Shown: positions 16,675-28,705 of the stretch, in pieces
How the letters are laid out: every line of letters begins with the position of its first letter
Position numbering within the stretch: position 1 is the first letter of the stretch
Sequence record: MH243438.1
Source of the DNA: Escherichia phage vB_EcoM_NBG1
DNA: 64,000 nucleotides
Direction: 5' to 3' (one strand)
Program-made: the position numbers and the translations under genes
The notes under the pieces: generated by a model
The model's input: the letters and a program-made list of their open reading frames with translations, nothing else
Databases searched by the model: none
What the model was told of the DNA's origin: nothing

Positions 16675-18407
16675 TGGAAATGATTAGCAGTAGCCTTAAT
16701 TGGTTCGTGGGTGTTGTCGAGGACAGAATGGACCCATTAAAACAAGGGCGAGTTCGAGTGCGAGTGGTTGGACTTCATCCCGCACAGAGAGTACAAGGCG
16801 ATGTGCAGGGTATTCCTACAGAAAAACTTCCATGGATGACTGTTATTCAACCTATTACGTCTGCATCAATGTCAGGTATTGGTGGTTCTGTTACAGGTCC
16901 TGTTGAAGGAACTCGAGTATATGGTCATTTCTTAGACAAATGGAAAACAAACGGGATTGTACTTGGTACATACGGCGGAATCGTACGTGAAAAGCCTAAT
17001 AGACTTGAAGGTTTTTCAGACCCGACAGGCCAATATCCGCGACGTTTAGGTAATGATACGAACGTATTAAACCAAGGTGGTGAAGCTGGTTATTATTCGA
17101 ACTCTAACGTAATTCAAGATAACAACTTGGATTATGGTATAAACCCAGACGATACAGATTTAGCAAATATTCCAGAAGATGATGACCCTAATTTTACAAT
17201 AACAGAAATGTTACGTCGTGACGAAGGTCTTCGTGATAAAGTGTATTGGGACCATCTCGGATATCCTACCGTAGGTATTGGACACCTTATCGTAATGGAA
17301 AAGACCCGAGATATGTCTCGAATTAATAAATTGTTATCCGATCAAGTAGGGCGTGAAGTAACAGGAAATCCGGGAACTATTACATTAGAAGAAGCAACAG
17401 CGTTATTTGAGAAAGACCTTGCTAAGATGCAGAAAGACATTCGTTCTAATTCTAAAGTAGGTCCTGTTTATGCTAAAATGAACAGGTCTCGTCAAATGGC
17501 ATTAGAAAACATGTGTTTCCAAATGGGCGTTGGTGGTGTAGCAAAATTCAATACTATGCTTAAAGCAATGGCCACAGGCGATTGGAAAACTGCATACAAA
17601 TCTGGACGCGATTCATTATGGTTCCAACAGACTAAAGGACGCGCTTCACGTGTAACAACAATTATTTTAACCGGTAACATGGAATCATACGGTGTTCCTG
17701 TTAAAACTCCGCCTTCACCAGGAGTTGGTGCCGATTTAGTTACTAGAAATACCGATCCAGAAGACCCGGCCGGTCCTCCTGTTCCATTAGATTCACGTAT
17801 CCTTTTTAAAGAACCAGAATCAAGTTATCGTGGTGAGTATCCATACGTTCATGCTATGGAAACAGAAAGTGGTCATATCCAAGAATTTGACGATACTCCA
17901 GGTAATGAACGTTATCGCTTAGTTCATCCAACAGGGTCATATGAGGAAGTTTCTCCATCCGGCCGTCGTACTCGTAAAACTGTAGAAGACCTTTTTGACA
18001 TCACTAATGGCGATGGGAACTTTTTGATTTCTGGCGATAAGCTTGTTAACGTTGGTGCTAATGAAATATATTATAACATGGCAGACCGCCTCCATCAAAT
18101 AGACGGCAATGACACAATCTTTATTCGTGGTAACCAATCTAAAACTGTTGAAGGCGATGGAACTCTTTACGTTAAGGGTAATATCAAAATAGTTGTTGAC
18201 GGAAATGCAGATATTCTTGTTAAAGGTGATGCTAAAACTCAGGTCGAAGGGAATCATGATTACACCGTCAACGGAAACGTTAAATGGACTGTTAATGGTA
18301 ATGTTGATATGACTGTTGCCGGGGATTGGGCAGAAACAATGTCTACAATGAGCTCAGTAGCTTCAGGACAATACACCGTTGACGGATCTCGTATTGATAT
18401 TGGGTAA
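16674..18407 (+). CDS. 5: baseplate hub and tail lysozyme gp5
   Basis: 577 aa; lysozyme domain (DEGLRDKVYWDHLGYPTVGIGHL) and C-terminal VxG(N/D)xxxx octapeptide beta-helix repeats. Confidence 0.93.
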   Translation: MEMISSSLNWFVGVVEDRMDPLKQGRVRVRVVGLHPAQRVQGDVQGIPTEKLPWMTVIQPITSASMSGIGGSVTGPVEGTRVYGHFLDKWKTNGIVLGTYGGIVREKPNRLEGFSDPTGQYPRRLGNDTNVLNQGGEAGYYSNSNVIQDNNLDYGINPDDTDLANIPEDDDPNFTITEMLRRDEGLRDKVYWDHLGYPTVGIGHLIVMEKTRDMSRINKLLSDQVGREVTGNPGTITLEEATALFEKDLAKMQKDIRSNSKVGPVYAKMNRSRQMALENMCFQMGVGGVAKFNTMLKAMATGDWKTAYKSGRDSLWFQQTKGRASRVTTIILTGNMESYGVPVKTPPSPGVGADLVTRNTDPEDPAGPPVPLDSRILFKEPESSYRGEYPYVHAMETESGHIQEFDDTPGNERYRLVHPTGSYEEVSPSGRRTRKTVEDLFDITNGDGNFLISGDKLVNVGANEIYYNMADRLHQIDGNDTIFIRGNQSKTVEGDGTLYVKGNIKIVVDGNADILVKGDAKTQVEGNHDYTVNGNVKWTVNGNVDMTVAGDWAETMSTMSSVASGQYTVDGSRIDIG

Positions 18408-18410
18408 TAT

Positions 18411-18926
18411 ATGGCACAAATACTTCCTTTAAATACCGACTTAGGAGAAGACATGGAAGGGGCGTCTATTGACGTCCTTTTTACTCCACAGTTAGAAACA
18501 ACCGAAACTTTGGTGTCAATAAATATAACAGATTATGAACCGACACAAGGCATTACGGTAGATGGTAATCGTTTATATGGAACATATGAAAGTGTGTTTA
18601 GCTTTTCTTCGGACGCATTGAAATACCGATTAAATGATGATTTTGAAACTGCATCTTCATGGGATGATTTACCAAAAGATGAGTCTACACAGTTATATTT
18701 GTGGAGAGCTCCTCAGAATCTTCGTAAAGTGTTTAGTTATACGGTTGAAATGATTTATAACTACCAAGAAGAAAGTTCATCAGGCGGTTCTAGAAGTGAC
18801 TCTGGTACAGAACCTCCACCGGCTCCAGTACAAAAAACTCTTACTAAGGTTTATACAAAAACTATAGTAGGAAATTGGAGCAAATGGGCTCATCAATTAC
18901 GAAACTATGTTTATGTGAGGCCGTGA
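18411..18926 (+). CDS. 5.1: gp5.1-like protein
   Basis: Position and size as T4 5.1. Confidence 0.6.
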   Translation: MAQILPLNTDLGEDMEGASIDVLFTPQLETTETLVSINITDYEPTQGITVDGNRLYGTYESVFSFSSDALKYRLNDDFETASSWDDLPKDESTQLYLWRAPQNLRKVFSYTVEMIYNYQEESSSGGSRSDSGTEPPPAPVQKTLTKVYTKTIVGNWSKWAHQLRNYVYVRP

Positions 18927-18928
18927 AA

Positions 18929-19222
18929 ATGTCTGGCTTAAGTTACGACAAGTGCGTTACAACAGGTCATGAAGCATGGCCTCCTACTGTAATAAATGCT
19001 TCCCAATCTAAAGTGTTCACCGGCGGTATTCCTGTTCTTGTGGCAGGAGACCAAATAACACCTCATACAGAAATTAAAAAACCATACGAGACTCATGGAG
19101 GTGTTACTGAACCTCGTACATCTAAAGTATACGTCACCGGTAAAAAGGCCGTTCAAATGGCTGACCCAATTTCATGCGGGGATACTGTTTCTCAGGCCTC
19201 GTCAAAAGTCTTTATAAAATAG
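18929..19222 (+). CDS. 5.4: PAAR-repeat baseplate spike tip protein gp5.4
   Basis: 97 aa from ATG 18929; position after 5.1; PAAR-like sequence. Confidence 0.75.
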   Translation: MSGLSYDKCVTTGHEAWPPTVINASQSKVFTGGIPVLVAGDQITPHTEIKKPYETHGGVTEPRTSKVYVTGKKAVQMADPISCGDTVSQASSKVFIK

Positions 19223-19230
19223 GAATTAAA

Positions 19231-21204
19231 ATGGCAAACACTCCTGTAAATTATCAATTAACCCGAACAGCGAATGCTATTCCCGAGATTTTTATCGGGG
19301 GCACATTTGCCGAAATCAAACAGAACATTATCGAATGGCTTAATGGGCAGAATGAATTTCTTGATTATGATTTTGAAGGTTCGCGTTTAAACGTATTGTG
19401 TGACCTTTTAGCATATAACACTCTTTACATCCAACAGTTCAGTAATAGTGCAGTGTATGAAAGTTTTATGCGTACTGCAAACTTGCGTAGTTCTGTTGTA
19501 CAAGCGGCTCAAGATAACGGATATCTGCCTTCATCTAAATCAGCGGCACAAACAGAAATTATGCTCACATGTACGGATGCATTAAATAGAAACTATATCA
19601 CCATTCCGCGTGGCACTCGTTTCTTAGCATACGCTAAAGATACTTCTGTTAACCCGTATAACTTTGTTTCTACTGAAGATGTCATTGTAGTTAAAGACAA
19701 AAATAACCAATATTTCCCACGTCTTCGATTAGCTCAGGGTCGTATTGTTCGCACTGAATTAACATTTGATAGATTAAAACCTATCATTATTCGTGATAAG
19801 AATATTGACCGTAATTTGGTTAAGTTGTATGTTGACGGGGCAGAATGGATTAACTGGACTCGTAAGTCGATGGTTCACGCTGGTTCTACGTCAACAATCT
19901 ATTATATGCGTGAAACAGTTGATGGGAACACCGAATTTTATTTTGGTGAAGGCGAAATCTCTATTAACACGTCAGAAGGTGCGTTAACATCTAACTATAT
20001 TGGTGGCCTTAAACCTGTTCAGGGTTCTAAAATCGTAATTGAGTATATTTCTACTAATGGCGCAGATGCTAACGGTGCTGTAGGATTTTCTTATGCTGAT
20101 ACATTAGCTAATATCACGGTAATCGATATTAATGAGAACCCTAGCAATAACCCAGACTTTGTCGGGGCCGATGGTGGCGGTGACCCTGAAGATATTGAAC
20201 GTATCCGCGAATTAGGCACAATTAAACGCGAAACTCAACAACGTTGTGTAACCGCTTCCGACTATGACACATTCGTCTCTGAGCGGTTTGGTTCTATTAT
20301 TCAAGCGGTTCAAACATTCACAGATTCATCTAAACCAGGGTACGCATATATTGCTGCTAAGCCTAAATCTGGATTGTATTTGACTTCTGTCCAACGCGAT
20401 GATATCAAAAACTATTTGAATGATTATAACTTAGGGACTATTACACCTGTTGTTATTTCGCCTGATTATTTGTTTATCAAAATGAATATCAAAGTTACAT
20501 ACGCGTTGAATAAACTCCAAGAATCAGAACAATATCTTGAAGGGCAGATTATTAATAAAATAGACCGTTATTATATTGAAGATGTAGAAATTTTTAACTC
20601 ATCGTTTGCAAAATCTAAAATGCTAACTTATGTCGATGATGCAGATATTTCTATTATTGGTTCTTCAGCTACTATTCAAATGGTTCGCGAAGTACAAAAC
20701 TTCTATAAAACGCCTGAGGCCGGTATTAAATACAATAATCAGATTAAAGATAGATCGATGGAATCTAATATATTCTCGTTTGATTCGCACAGACCTAATC
20801 CAGAAAATGCAAACGAAACTATTAAATATGGTGTTCGCATAGTATCTTCTGACCGTAATGACCGTGGCATAGGTCAAGTTATTATTGGTCCATTTGCAGA
20901 CGGTGATGTTGTTGAAAACGAAAATATACAACCTTATACAGGTAATGATTTTAATAAACTTACTGTTACTGACGGACGAAACAAATACTATTCAATTGGT
21001 GAAGTGAATTATCCTGCCGATTCGATTTATTGGAACATTGCTAAAATTGACCTCACTTCAGACCGTTTTGAAGTTCAAACAATTGAACTTTATTCCGACC
21101 CTGCAGATGATATTATTTTTACAAAGGATGGTTCTTTAATCGTATTCGAAAATGACTTACGTCCTCAGTACTTAACTATAGATTTGGAGCCTATTTCACA
21201 ATGA
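19231..21204 (+). CDS. 6: baseplate wedge protein gp6
   Basis: Start at ATG 19231 (MANTPVNYQL) after AGGAATTAAA; synteny. Confidence 0.9.
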   Translation: MANTPVNYQLTRTANAIPEIFIGGTFAEIKQNIIEWLNGQNEFLDYDFEGSRLNVLCDLLAYNTLYIQQFSNSAVYESFMRTANLRSSVVQAAQDNGYLPSSKSAAQTEIMLTCTDALNRNYITIPRGTRFLAYAKDTSVNPYNFVSTEDVIVVKDKNNQYFPRLRLAQGRIVRTELTFDRLKPIIIRDKNIDRNLVKLYVDGAEWINWTRKSMVHAGSTSTIYYMRETVDGNTEFYFGEGEISINTSEGALTSNYIGGLKPVQGSKIVIEYISTNGADANGAVGFSYADTLANITVIDINENPSNNPDFVGADGGGDPEDIERIRELGTIKRETQQRCVTASDYDTFVSERFGSIIQAVQTFTDSSKPGYAYIAAKPKSGLYLTSVQRDDIKNYLNDYNLGTITPVVISPDYLFIKMNIKVTYALNKLQESEQYLEGQIINKIDRYYIEDVEIFNSSFAKSKMLTYVDDADISIIGSSATIQMVREVQNFYKTPEAGIKYNNQIKDRSMESNIFSFDSHRPNPENANETIKYGVRIVSSDRNDRGIGQVIIGPFADGDVVENENIQPYTGNDFNKLTVTDGRNKYYSIGEVNYPADSIYWNIAKIDLTSDRFEVQTIELYSDPADDIIFTKDGSLIVFENDLRPQYLTIDLEPISQ

Positions 21205-24200
21205 CAGTAAAAGCGCCAGCAGTCACAAGTCTCAGAATATCCAAGTTGTCCGCTAACCAAGTTCAAATACGCTGGGATGACGTTGGTGCTAATTTCTACT
21301 ATTTCGTAGAAATCGCTGAGACTAAAACGGCAGACGGGGAAATAATTCCCCCTGCCAGCTACAGATGGATAAATTTAGGATATACTCCTAATAGCAACTG
21401 GTTCGAAAGTAGCTTAGACCCATTAACTTCTTATATTATTCGTGTATCAACTGCCGCCGAAGGCTTCGAGAGATCTGATTGGGTATATACCGAAATATTT
21501 GAATCATTTCAGACTAACGCGTATACATTTCAACATATGATTGAAATGCAATTGGCTAACACTTTTATTAGAGAAAAATTTACAAATAACAACATGGCTT
21601 ATGTCGATTTTAATAACGACACTATAATGGCAGCTCTAATGAATGAATCGTTCCAATTTAGCCCTGCTTATGCGGATATTTCATCTATTAAAAATTTCAT
21701 TATTGGCGAAAATGAGTATCATGAAATTCAAGGTTCGATTCAACAGGTGTGTCATGATATAAACCGTGTTTATTTGATGGAATCCGAAGGAATTCTTTAT
21801 TTGTTTGAACGGTATCAGCCCGTGGTTAAAGTCTCTAATGATAAGGGACAAACCTGGAAATCGGTTAAATTGTTTAATGACCGTGTAGGGTACCCTGTAT
21901 CAAGAACAGTGTATTACCAGACAGATTACACCACGTATGTTCTTGGGTATGATAAGTTATTTTACGGTCGTAAATCAACTGACGTTCGTTGGTCTGCTGA
22001 TGATGTGAGATTTAGTTCTCAAGATATAACATTTGCTAAAATTGGTGACCAGTTAAATTTAGGATTTGACGTAGAAATATTTGGTAACTACGCATCATTA
22101 CCTGCTAACGTATCACGTATTGCAGAAGCTATCGTTTGCAATGACGATTATGTGTACGTCGCTGCTCGAGATAAAGTTCGTTTTATTAAAACTAGTAATG
22201 CCCCTATTGATTCAGACCCGTTATCTCCGACATATTCCGAACGTTTGTTTGAACAAGAAACATTTAACATCACAGGTAACCCTAAGGCAGTTTGCTATAA
22301 AATGGATTCTGTCGGTGGTAAAATATTTGCACTGATTATCGGCGAAGTTGTTAATCTTAACGACGACCCGAGGACCACTCCTATTGTTGATTCTGCTGAT
22401 AAGGGTGTTTACGTTCTAGACCATGATGCTGGCACATTTAAACGTGTGTTTGGTAATACTGAAGAAGAACGTCGTCGTATTGAACCTGGGTACACCAGTA
22501 TGTCTACTGATGGTGTTGAGTTATCTATTTCATCTAGTAATTTTAAATTTCTAGAATCGGATATTGTTGATGACCCAAAAACACAAATCAAGTACGGTTT
22601 AATCGGTGCTGTTAAATATGAGTATCCTCGCGAATGGTTGGCTGATAAACATTATCATATGATGGCATTTATTTCAACTGAAGACTCTCAATGGGAATCG
22701 TTCACTCCTCAACCGATGGAATACTATGCTGAGCCATTCTTTAGTTATTCTAGAAAGTCCGGTACTCGATGTTGGATTAATAACTCAGACAAGGCTGTTG
22801 TAATTTATTCTGATTTACTTTACACTAAGGTTATTGAGAATCATCCACTTAGTTCTTCAGACCGTGAAGTTCATGAATATTGGAAGGACGGTGACTGTAC
22901 AATAGTGATGCCTAACGTAGATTTCACCGGATTTAAAAAATATGCATCCGGCATGATTTTCTATAAATCATCAGGTGAGATTATTTCTTATTATGATTTT
23001 AGTTATCGTGTTAGAGATAATGTTTCTATAATTTGGAAGCCTACTAATATATTCTTAACAGCATCGTTACAAAACCAAGAAAAAGATACCACATGGACTC
23101 CTGTAGAAGAGAACGGTATTGCAGACCCAGATTTACGACCATTGCTCACTACAATGATGCCGGAGTCTTATCTTTTAGATAATACAAACTTCGAAGCATT
23201 CTGCGAGGCTTATATTCAGTATCTTTCTGACGGTTATGGGACTCATTATAACAACCTTTTAAATCTTATTAAAAATCAATATCCGCGAGAAGAACATGCG
23301 TGGGAATATTTATGGTCTGAGATTTATAAACGAAACATTTACTTAAACGCCGAAAAACGCGACTTAGTGTCTCGTTTCTTTGAATCAAGAAGTTATGACT
23401 TCTATTCAACTAAAGGAACTGAAGCATCATATAAATTCTTGTTTAAAGTGCTTTATAACGAAGATGTTGAAATTGAAATTGAATCTAGTTCCGGGACCGA
23501 ATATGATATCATCATTGAATCTGATTCGTTGACAGAAGATTTGGTCGGACAAACCATATACACCGCTACAGGACGTTGTAATGTGACGTATATCGAGAGA
23601 AGTTACTCTAAAGGTAAATTACAATGGACTGTAACAATTCACAACCTCTTAGGTCGTTTAATCCAAGGACAGGAAGTTAAAGCTGAAAGACTCCCTGGTT
23701 TTGAAGGTGAAATTGTTCGTGGTATTAAAGGTAAAGAGCTTTCTCAGAACAACATCGATTACATAAATCGTGGTAGAGCATACTACGTAATGAAGATTAA
23801 ATCTAAACTTCCATCATCTCGTTGGAAATCAGACGTATTACGTTTTGTTCATCCGGTTGGATTTGGATTTATCGCAATTACCCTTCTCACAATGTTTATT
23901 AACACCGGATTAACACTTAAACATGTTGAAACCATTATTAATAAATACAAAAACTATAAGTGGGATTCTGGATTACCGACTAAATATGCAGACCGAGTGG
24001 CTAAATTAGACCCACAAGGAAATGTTGAGTTTGACCCTATTACAGGTAAAGCGATATATGAAATAGGCCCTATGGCTGGTCAAGATTATCCATTGCCTGA
24101 AGATTATAACGCTGAAAACAATAACTCCATATTTCAAGGTCAACTTCCATCGGAACGACGTAAATTGATGAGCCCATTATTTGATGCGTCCGGAACAACA

Positions 24201-24299
24201 TTCTCTAGATTTAGAGATTTGGTTGAACAACGGTTAATCGATAATGTAGGAAATCCAAGAGACCCCGTGAATCCACCACAGGTTAAATTAGATGAATGA
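21201..24299 (+). CDS. 7: baseplate wedge initiator gp7
   Basis: 1032 aa, same length as T4 gp7; synteny. Confidence 0.9.
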   Translation: MTVKAPAVTSLRISKLSANQVQIRWDDVGANFYYFVEIAETKTADGEIIPPASYRWINLGYTPNSNWFESSLDPLTSYIIRVSTAAEGFERSDWVYTEIFESFQTNAYTFQHMIEMQLANTFIREKFTNNNMAYVDFNNDTIMAALMNESFQFSPAYADISSIKNFIIGENEYHEIQGSIQQVCHDINRVYLMESEGILYLFERYQPVVKVSNDKGQTWKSVKLFNDRVGYPVSRTVYYQTDYTTYVLGYDKLFYGRKSTDVRWSADDVRFSSQDITFAKIGDQLNLGFDVEIFGNYASLPANVSRIAEAIVCNDDYVYVAARDKVRFIKTSNAPIDSDPLSPTYSERLFEQETFNITGNPKAVCYKMDSVGGKIFALIIGEVVNLNDDPRTTPIVDSADKGVYVLDHDAGTFKRVFGNTEEERRRIEPGYTSMSTDGVELSISSSNFKFLESDIVDDPKTQIKYGLIGAVKYEYPREWLADKHYHMMAFISTEDSQWESFTPQPMEYYAEPFFSYSRKSGTRCWINNSDKAVVIYSDLLYTKVIENHPLSSSDREVHEYWKDGDCTIVMPNVDFTGFKKYASGMIFYKSSGEIISYYDFSYRVRDNVSIIWKPTNIFLTASLQNQEKDTTWTPVEENGIADPDLRPLLTTMMPESYLLDNTNFEAFCEAYIQYLSDGYGTHYNNLLNLIKNQYPREEHAWEYLWSEIYKRNIYLNAEKRDLVSRFFESRSYDFYSTKGTEASYKFLFKVLYNEDVEIEIESSSGTEYDIIIESDSLTEDLVGQTIYTATGRCNVTYIERSYSKGKLQWTVTIHNLLGRLIQGQEVKAERLPGFEGEIVRGIKGKELSQNNIDYINRGRAYYVMKIKSKLPSSRWKSDVLRFVHPVGFGFIAITLLTMFINTGLTLKHVETIINKYKNYKWDSGLPTKYADRVAKLDPQGNVEFDPITGKAIYEIGPMAGQDYPLPEDYNAENNNSIFQGQLPSERRKLMSPLFDASGTTFSRFRDLVEQRLIDNVGNPRDPVNPPQVKLDE

Positions 24300-25296
24300 T
24301 TCAAGTGTTATCTATCGTGCAATAGTTACATCAAAATTTAGAACAGAGAAAATGCTGAATTTTTATAATTCAGTTGGGGATGGAGATGATAAGAACTCCA
24401 TTTATATTACGTTTGGACGTTCAGAGCCTTGGGCGTCAAATGAAAATGAGGTGGGCTTCGCCCCACCTTATCCTACAGATTCTGTTCTTGGTGTTACTGA
24501 TATGTGGACCCATATGATGGGTACCGTTAAAGTTTTACCTTCAATGTTAGATTCTGTTATTCCTAGACGTGATTGGGGAGATGTGCGATATCCAGACCCT
24601 TACACGTTTAGAATTAACGATATAGTCGCATGTAATACTGCTCCGTACAACGCGACAGAAGTTGGAGCTGGTTGGTTAATTTACCGTTGTTTAGATGTCC
24701 CTGACGTAGGGCTCTGTTCAATAGAATCTTTAGATAATAAAGATGAATGTCTTAAATTAGGTGGTAAATGGACCCCGTCTGTTCGTTCTATGTCTCCTCC
24801 TGAAGGCAGAGGCGATGCTAATGGGGTTATCGAAACCGGTGATGGATATATTTGGGAATACCTTTATGAGATTCCTGCCGATGTGTCAATTAACCGTTGC
24901 ACTAACGAATATCTTGTAGTTCCATGGCCGGAAGAAATTAAAGAAGACCCCACCCGTTGGGGATATGAAAATAACTTAACTTGGCAACAAGATGACTACG
25001 GTTTGATTTACCGTGTTAAAGCTAATACGATGCGGTTTAAAGCATATTTTGATTCTGTTTATTTCCCTGAGGCAGCTTTGCCTGGTAACAAGGGTTTTAG
25101 ACAGATATCAATTATCGCAAACCCGTTAGAAGCTAAGAAAAATCCAAATGACCCTAATGTTAAAGCAGAAAAGGATTATTACGACCCTAGAGACCTGCAA
25201 CGTCATTCCGGTGAAATGATTTATATGGAAAACCGACCACCTGTTATTATGGCAATGGACCAAACAGAAGAAATTAACATTTTGTTTATGTTTTAA
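24292..25296 (+). CDS. 8: baseplate wedge protein gp8
   Basis: 334 aa, synteny. Confidence 0.9.
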   Translation: MNDSSVIYRAIVTSKFRTEKMLNFYNSVGDGDDKNSIYITFGRSEPWASNENEVGFAPPYPTDSVLGVTDMWTHMMGTVKVLPSMLDSVIPRRDWGDVRYPDPYTFRINDIVACNTAPYNATEVGAGWLIYRCLDVPDVGLCSIESLDNKDECLKLGGKWTPSVRSMSPPEGRGDANGVIETGDGYIWEYLYEIPADVSINRCTNEYLVVPWPEEIKEDPTRWGYENNLTWQQDDYGLIYRVKANTMRFKAYFDSVYFPEAALPGNKGFRQISIIANPLEAKKNPNDPNVKAEKDYYDPRDLQRHSGEMIYMENRPPVIMAMDQTEEINILFMF

Positions 25297-25299
25297 TTA

Positions 25300-25324
25300 G
25301 GGAGCCTTCGGGCTCCCATTTTTG
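25300..25324 (+). terminator. rho-independent terminator GGGAGCC-uucg-GGCUCCC then UUUUU
   Basis: Perfect 7-bp stem with UUCG tetraloop and T-run directly after the gp8 stop. Confidence 0.7.
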
Positions 25325-25328
25325 TATC

Positions 25329-25336
25329 TATAAATA
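25329..25336 (+). promoter_or_regulatory. late promoter TATAAATA for gene 9
   Basis: Exact TATAAATA ~33 nt upstream of the gp9 ATG. Confidence 0.65.
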
Positions 25337-25368
25337 GAATATAATATCGGACAACAAAAGGCAGAATT

Positions 25369-26241
25369 ATGGCATTTTTTAAGCAAACTCCTAAACAATT
25401 AATCGATACCGGCGAAATTGGTAATGCCTCAACAGGTGATATCTTATTCGACGGTGGTAATAAAATAAATGACGATATCAACGCTATTTACAATGCATTT
25501 GGCGATCAACGTAAAATGGCCGTAGCAGATGGAACCGGACCTACAGGTCAAACTATTCATGCCACAGGTTATTATCAAAAAGGAAAGGCGGTCGATTATC
25601 AAACTCCTATTAAACCAGGCACTATGCATGATATTGATGCTTCTGATGGTGGTGTGATTGTTATTATTGACCGTCCTGAATTAGGTGACTCTGTAGAATT
25701 CATAAACTCTAATGGGTCTATTTCTGTTAACAATCCTTTAAGTATCCAAGTAACCGATGGTTCGATTAAAGGTGTTCTTAATAATCTTGTTATTTCAACC
25801 CCTTATACCCATGTTGTTCTTCGTTGTGTTGAACTTAATGGGCCAACTTCAGTATGGAATTATTCTACTGATAGCATGTTTGGGCAGAAAGAATCTCCTG
25901 TCGATGGGACTTGGAGTCTTACAGGAAACACAGTTTCTATTCCTCTGTTTTATCGCACAGATTATAACATGGCTAAATTGCTTGTTACATGCCAATCCGC
26001 TGACGGTAGAAAAATAAAAACATGCGAAATAAATATTCTAATAGATACAATTAACTCAGAAGTTCTTTCTACCGAATTTGCAGTAATGCGAGTTGGTAAT
26101 GTAGATGAAACAGACGAGATTGCTAATATTAGCTTTAGTATTATTAACAACTTTGCTACTATGACGATTACATCCGATATTATTGGATTACGTTCAGCAG
26201 TTAAAATTATCTCAACTCAGAAAATTGGGGTCGCTCAATAA
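25369..26241 (+). CDS. 9: baseplate wedge / long tail fiber socket gp9
   Basis: 290 aa, synteny. Confidence 0.9.
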   Translation: MAFFKQTPKQLIDTGEIGNASTGDILFDGGNKINDDINAIYNAFGDQRKMAVADGTGPTGQTIHATGYYQKGKAVDYQTPIKPGTMHDIDASDGGVIVIIDRPELGDSVEFINSNGSISVNNPLSIQVTDGSIKGVLNNLVISTPYTHVVLRCVELNGPTSVWNYSTDSMFGQKESPVDGTWSLTGNTVSIPLFYRTDYNMAKLLVTCQSADGRKIKTCEINILIDTINSEVLSTEFAVMRVGNVDETDEIANISFSIINNFATMTITSDIIGLRSAVKIISTQKIGVAQ

Positions 26242-28046
26242 TGAAACAAAATATTAAAATTGGTAACGTCGTTGATGACGGACAAGGCGATTACCTTCGT
26301 CGAGGTGGTGAAAAAATAAATGAGAACTTTGACGAAATCTATTATGAATTAGGTGATGGTGAAGTTCCTTACGCCGCTGGTGCGTGGAAGACTTATGATG
26401 CGGCTGATGGTCTTAATCTTAAGGCCGCTTGGGGTAAATCTTATGCAATTAATACTACTTCTGGACGAGTTTCGGTAAATCTTCCTAAAGGGACAATTGC
26501 AGACTATAATAAAGTTATTCGTGCTCGTGACGTATTTGCAACTTGGAACATTAACCCTGTTACTTTAATTCCGGCAAACGGAGACACGATTAAAGGTTCT
26601 TCATCTCCGGTAGAAATTAACGTTCAGTTCTCTGATTTAGAATTAGTTTATTGTGCTCCTGGACGTTGGGAATACATCAAGAACAAACAAATTGATAAAA
26701 TAGTTAGCTCTGACATTAGTAATGTTGCTCGTAGAGAATATCTGGTTGAAACCCAAGGTCAGACCGATTTCATGGATGTTTTTAATGGAACCTCTTATAA
26801 CGTTAACAACATTCGCGTAAAACATCGTGGCAACGAATTGTATTATGGTGATGTATTCAGTGATAATAGTGATTTTGGTTCTCCAGGCGCTAATCCTGGT
26901 GAACTGGTTGCACTCGATGGATTTAATATTAGATTACGCCAACCATGTAATGTTGGCGACACTGTACAAATTGAGACATTCCTAGACGGTGTTTCTCAGT
27001 GGCGTAGTTCATATACTCGTCGCCAAGTTCGCATTTTAGATAGTAAATTGACTGCTAAAAAGTCTATTGACGGAAGTATTTACGTCACTGATTTGAGTAC
27101 ATTCAGGTCTATTCCATTTACAGCATTTGGTATTAATCCTACGGAACCACCTAACCCGAATTCATTAGAAGTTCGCTTCAATGGTATTCTCCAAGAATTA
27201 GCTGGTACTGTTGGAACTCCTATTTTCCGTTGTGAAGGTGTGGATGCTGATTCTGAAGAGTCATGCGCTAATCTCGGTGGGACATGGACTCAATCGTATA
27301 CAGATTATGCGATTGAATATACTGATAATATCCCTAGCGCAATTCTGTTTGACCGTCAATTTGAAGACCAAGACATTATTACCATCACATGGTTTAATAA
27401 CGATTTAGGAACTCTTCTTGAAATGGAAGAAATCCTTGATGCCACTGACGAGAAATATGTTTCTCAAGGGTCTAACATTGAAATTACTGGCGATGTTGCA
27501 TTAACCGATTTTGATAAAATCGGCTGGCCTAATGTAGAACCTGTTCCTACATATGAACGTGAATTCTCGACTATCTCAGCAATATTTGACACAATTTATC
27601 CTGTTGGGACTATTTACGAAAATGCGGTTAACCCTAATAATCCAGCCACTTATTTAGGTTTTGGTTCGTGGAAAATTTGGGGACAAGGCAAAGTATTAGC
27701 AGGTTGGAATGATGACGCGTCGGATCCTAATTTTGCATTAAATAATAATGACCTTGACATCAATGGTAACCCTACTCATACCGCAGGTGGTACCGTTGGT
27801 GTAACAACCATCACATTAGAAAATGCTGATTTACCAGCTACACAAACCGATGAAAAGGTTCTTATTTCTGATGATAATGGTACAGTAATTATAGGCGGTT
27901 GCCAATATGACCCGGATGAAGAAGGTCCTATTTACACTAAATATCGTGAAGACCATGCAAAGACTAATGGATCTCATGTTCCAGCGCGTTCTATAACTAA
28001 TATTCAGCCATCTATAACTGTATACCGTTGGGTAAGGATTGCATAA
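26241..28046 (+). CDS. 10: baseplate wedge and tail pin gp10
   Basis: 601 aa, synteny. Confidence 0.9.
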   Translation: MKQNIKIGNVVDDGQGDYLRRGGEKINENFDEIYYELGDGEVPYAAGAWKTYDAADGLNLKAAWGKSYAINTTSGRVSVNLPKGTIADYNKVIRARDVFATWNINPVTLIPANGDTIKGSSSPVEINVQFSDLELVYCAPGRWEYIKNKQIDKIVSSDISNVARREYLVETQGQTDFMDVFNGTSYNVNNIRVKHRGNELYYGDVFSDNSDFGSPGANPGELVALDGFNIRLRQPCNVGDTVQIETFLDGVSQWRSSYTRRQVRILDSKLTAKKSIDGSIYVTDLSTFRSIPFTAFGINPTEPPNPNSLEVRFNGILQELAGTVGTPIFRCEGVDADSEESCANLGGTWTQSYTDYAIEYTDNIPSAILFDRQFEDQDIITITWFNNDLGTLLEMEEILDATDEKYVSQGSNIEITGDVALTDFDKIGWPNVEPVPTYEREFSTISAIFDTIYPVGTIYENAVNPNNPATYLGFGSWKIWGQGKVLAGWNDDASDPNFALNNNDLDINGNPTHTAGGTVGVTTITLENADLPATQTDEKVLISDDNGTVIIGGCQYDPDEEGPIYTKYREDHAKTNGSHVPARSITNIQPSITVYRWVRIA

Positions 28047-28705
28047 TGACTGTACTTAATACAAAGGCGGGAGTTATTTCCCGTCATGCTGATTTTTTGA
28101 ATTACAGAAAAAATCCAGATCAAATTGATGTTTTAAACAACCAAGCTGTAGGTTCCGTGACTATTTCTCAGTTAGCTCGCGGTTTTTATGATGCTAACGT
28201 AGAATCTGCAATAAATGATGTCCATAATATGGCACGAGCTGATATTGGTACTGTTGTCACAAACACTTCAGGCATATCGCCTGAAGGTACAGCACAAGTT
28301 GATTATTGGACTTTTTCTGGTGATGTTCTCGACGATACTTTGGCCCCTGGAACGCCGGTCGTTATTAACGTATTTGGACTTGCGGTTAAAGCAACAATCG
28401 GTATGACTGATAACGAATTAACGGCACAAGTTCGTATAGCTTTACAAGAAGCCATTGCTAATCAAATCGCTATTTCTTCTTATAAAGACCATCCGTCCGA
28501 AGGTAATAAACTTCAGGTGACATATTTAGATAACCAACGTCATGTGTTGCCAACATATGCTTCGTTTGGTGTAACAATTTCGCAAGAAATTTTGTCTGAA
28601 GCAAAATCCGGATACGGAACATGGAATTTATTGGGTGCCCAAACGGTTACTCTTGATAACCATAATACTCCTACCGTTTTCTACCACTTTGTGAGAGCCT
28701 CATGA
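28046..28705 (+). CDS. 11: baseplate wedge and tail pin gp11
   Basis: ATG at 28046 overlapping gp10 stop gives 219 aa, the T4 gp11 length; the track start is an upstream TTG. Confidence 0.9.
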   Translation: MTVLNTKAGVISRHADFLNYRKNPDQIDVLNNQAVGSVTISQLARGFYDANVESAINDVHNMARADIGTVVTNTSGISPEGTAQVDYWTFSGDVLDDTLAPGTPVVINVFGLAVKATIGMTDNELTAQVRIALQEAIANQIAISSYKDHPSEGNKLQVTYLDNQRHVLPTYASFGVTISQEILSEAKSGYGTWNLLGAQTVTLDNHNTPTVFYHFVRAS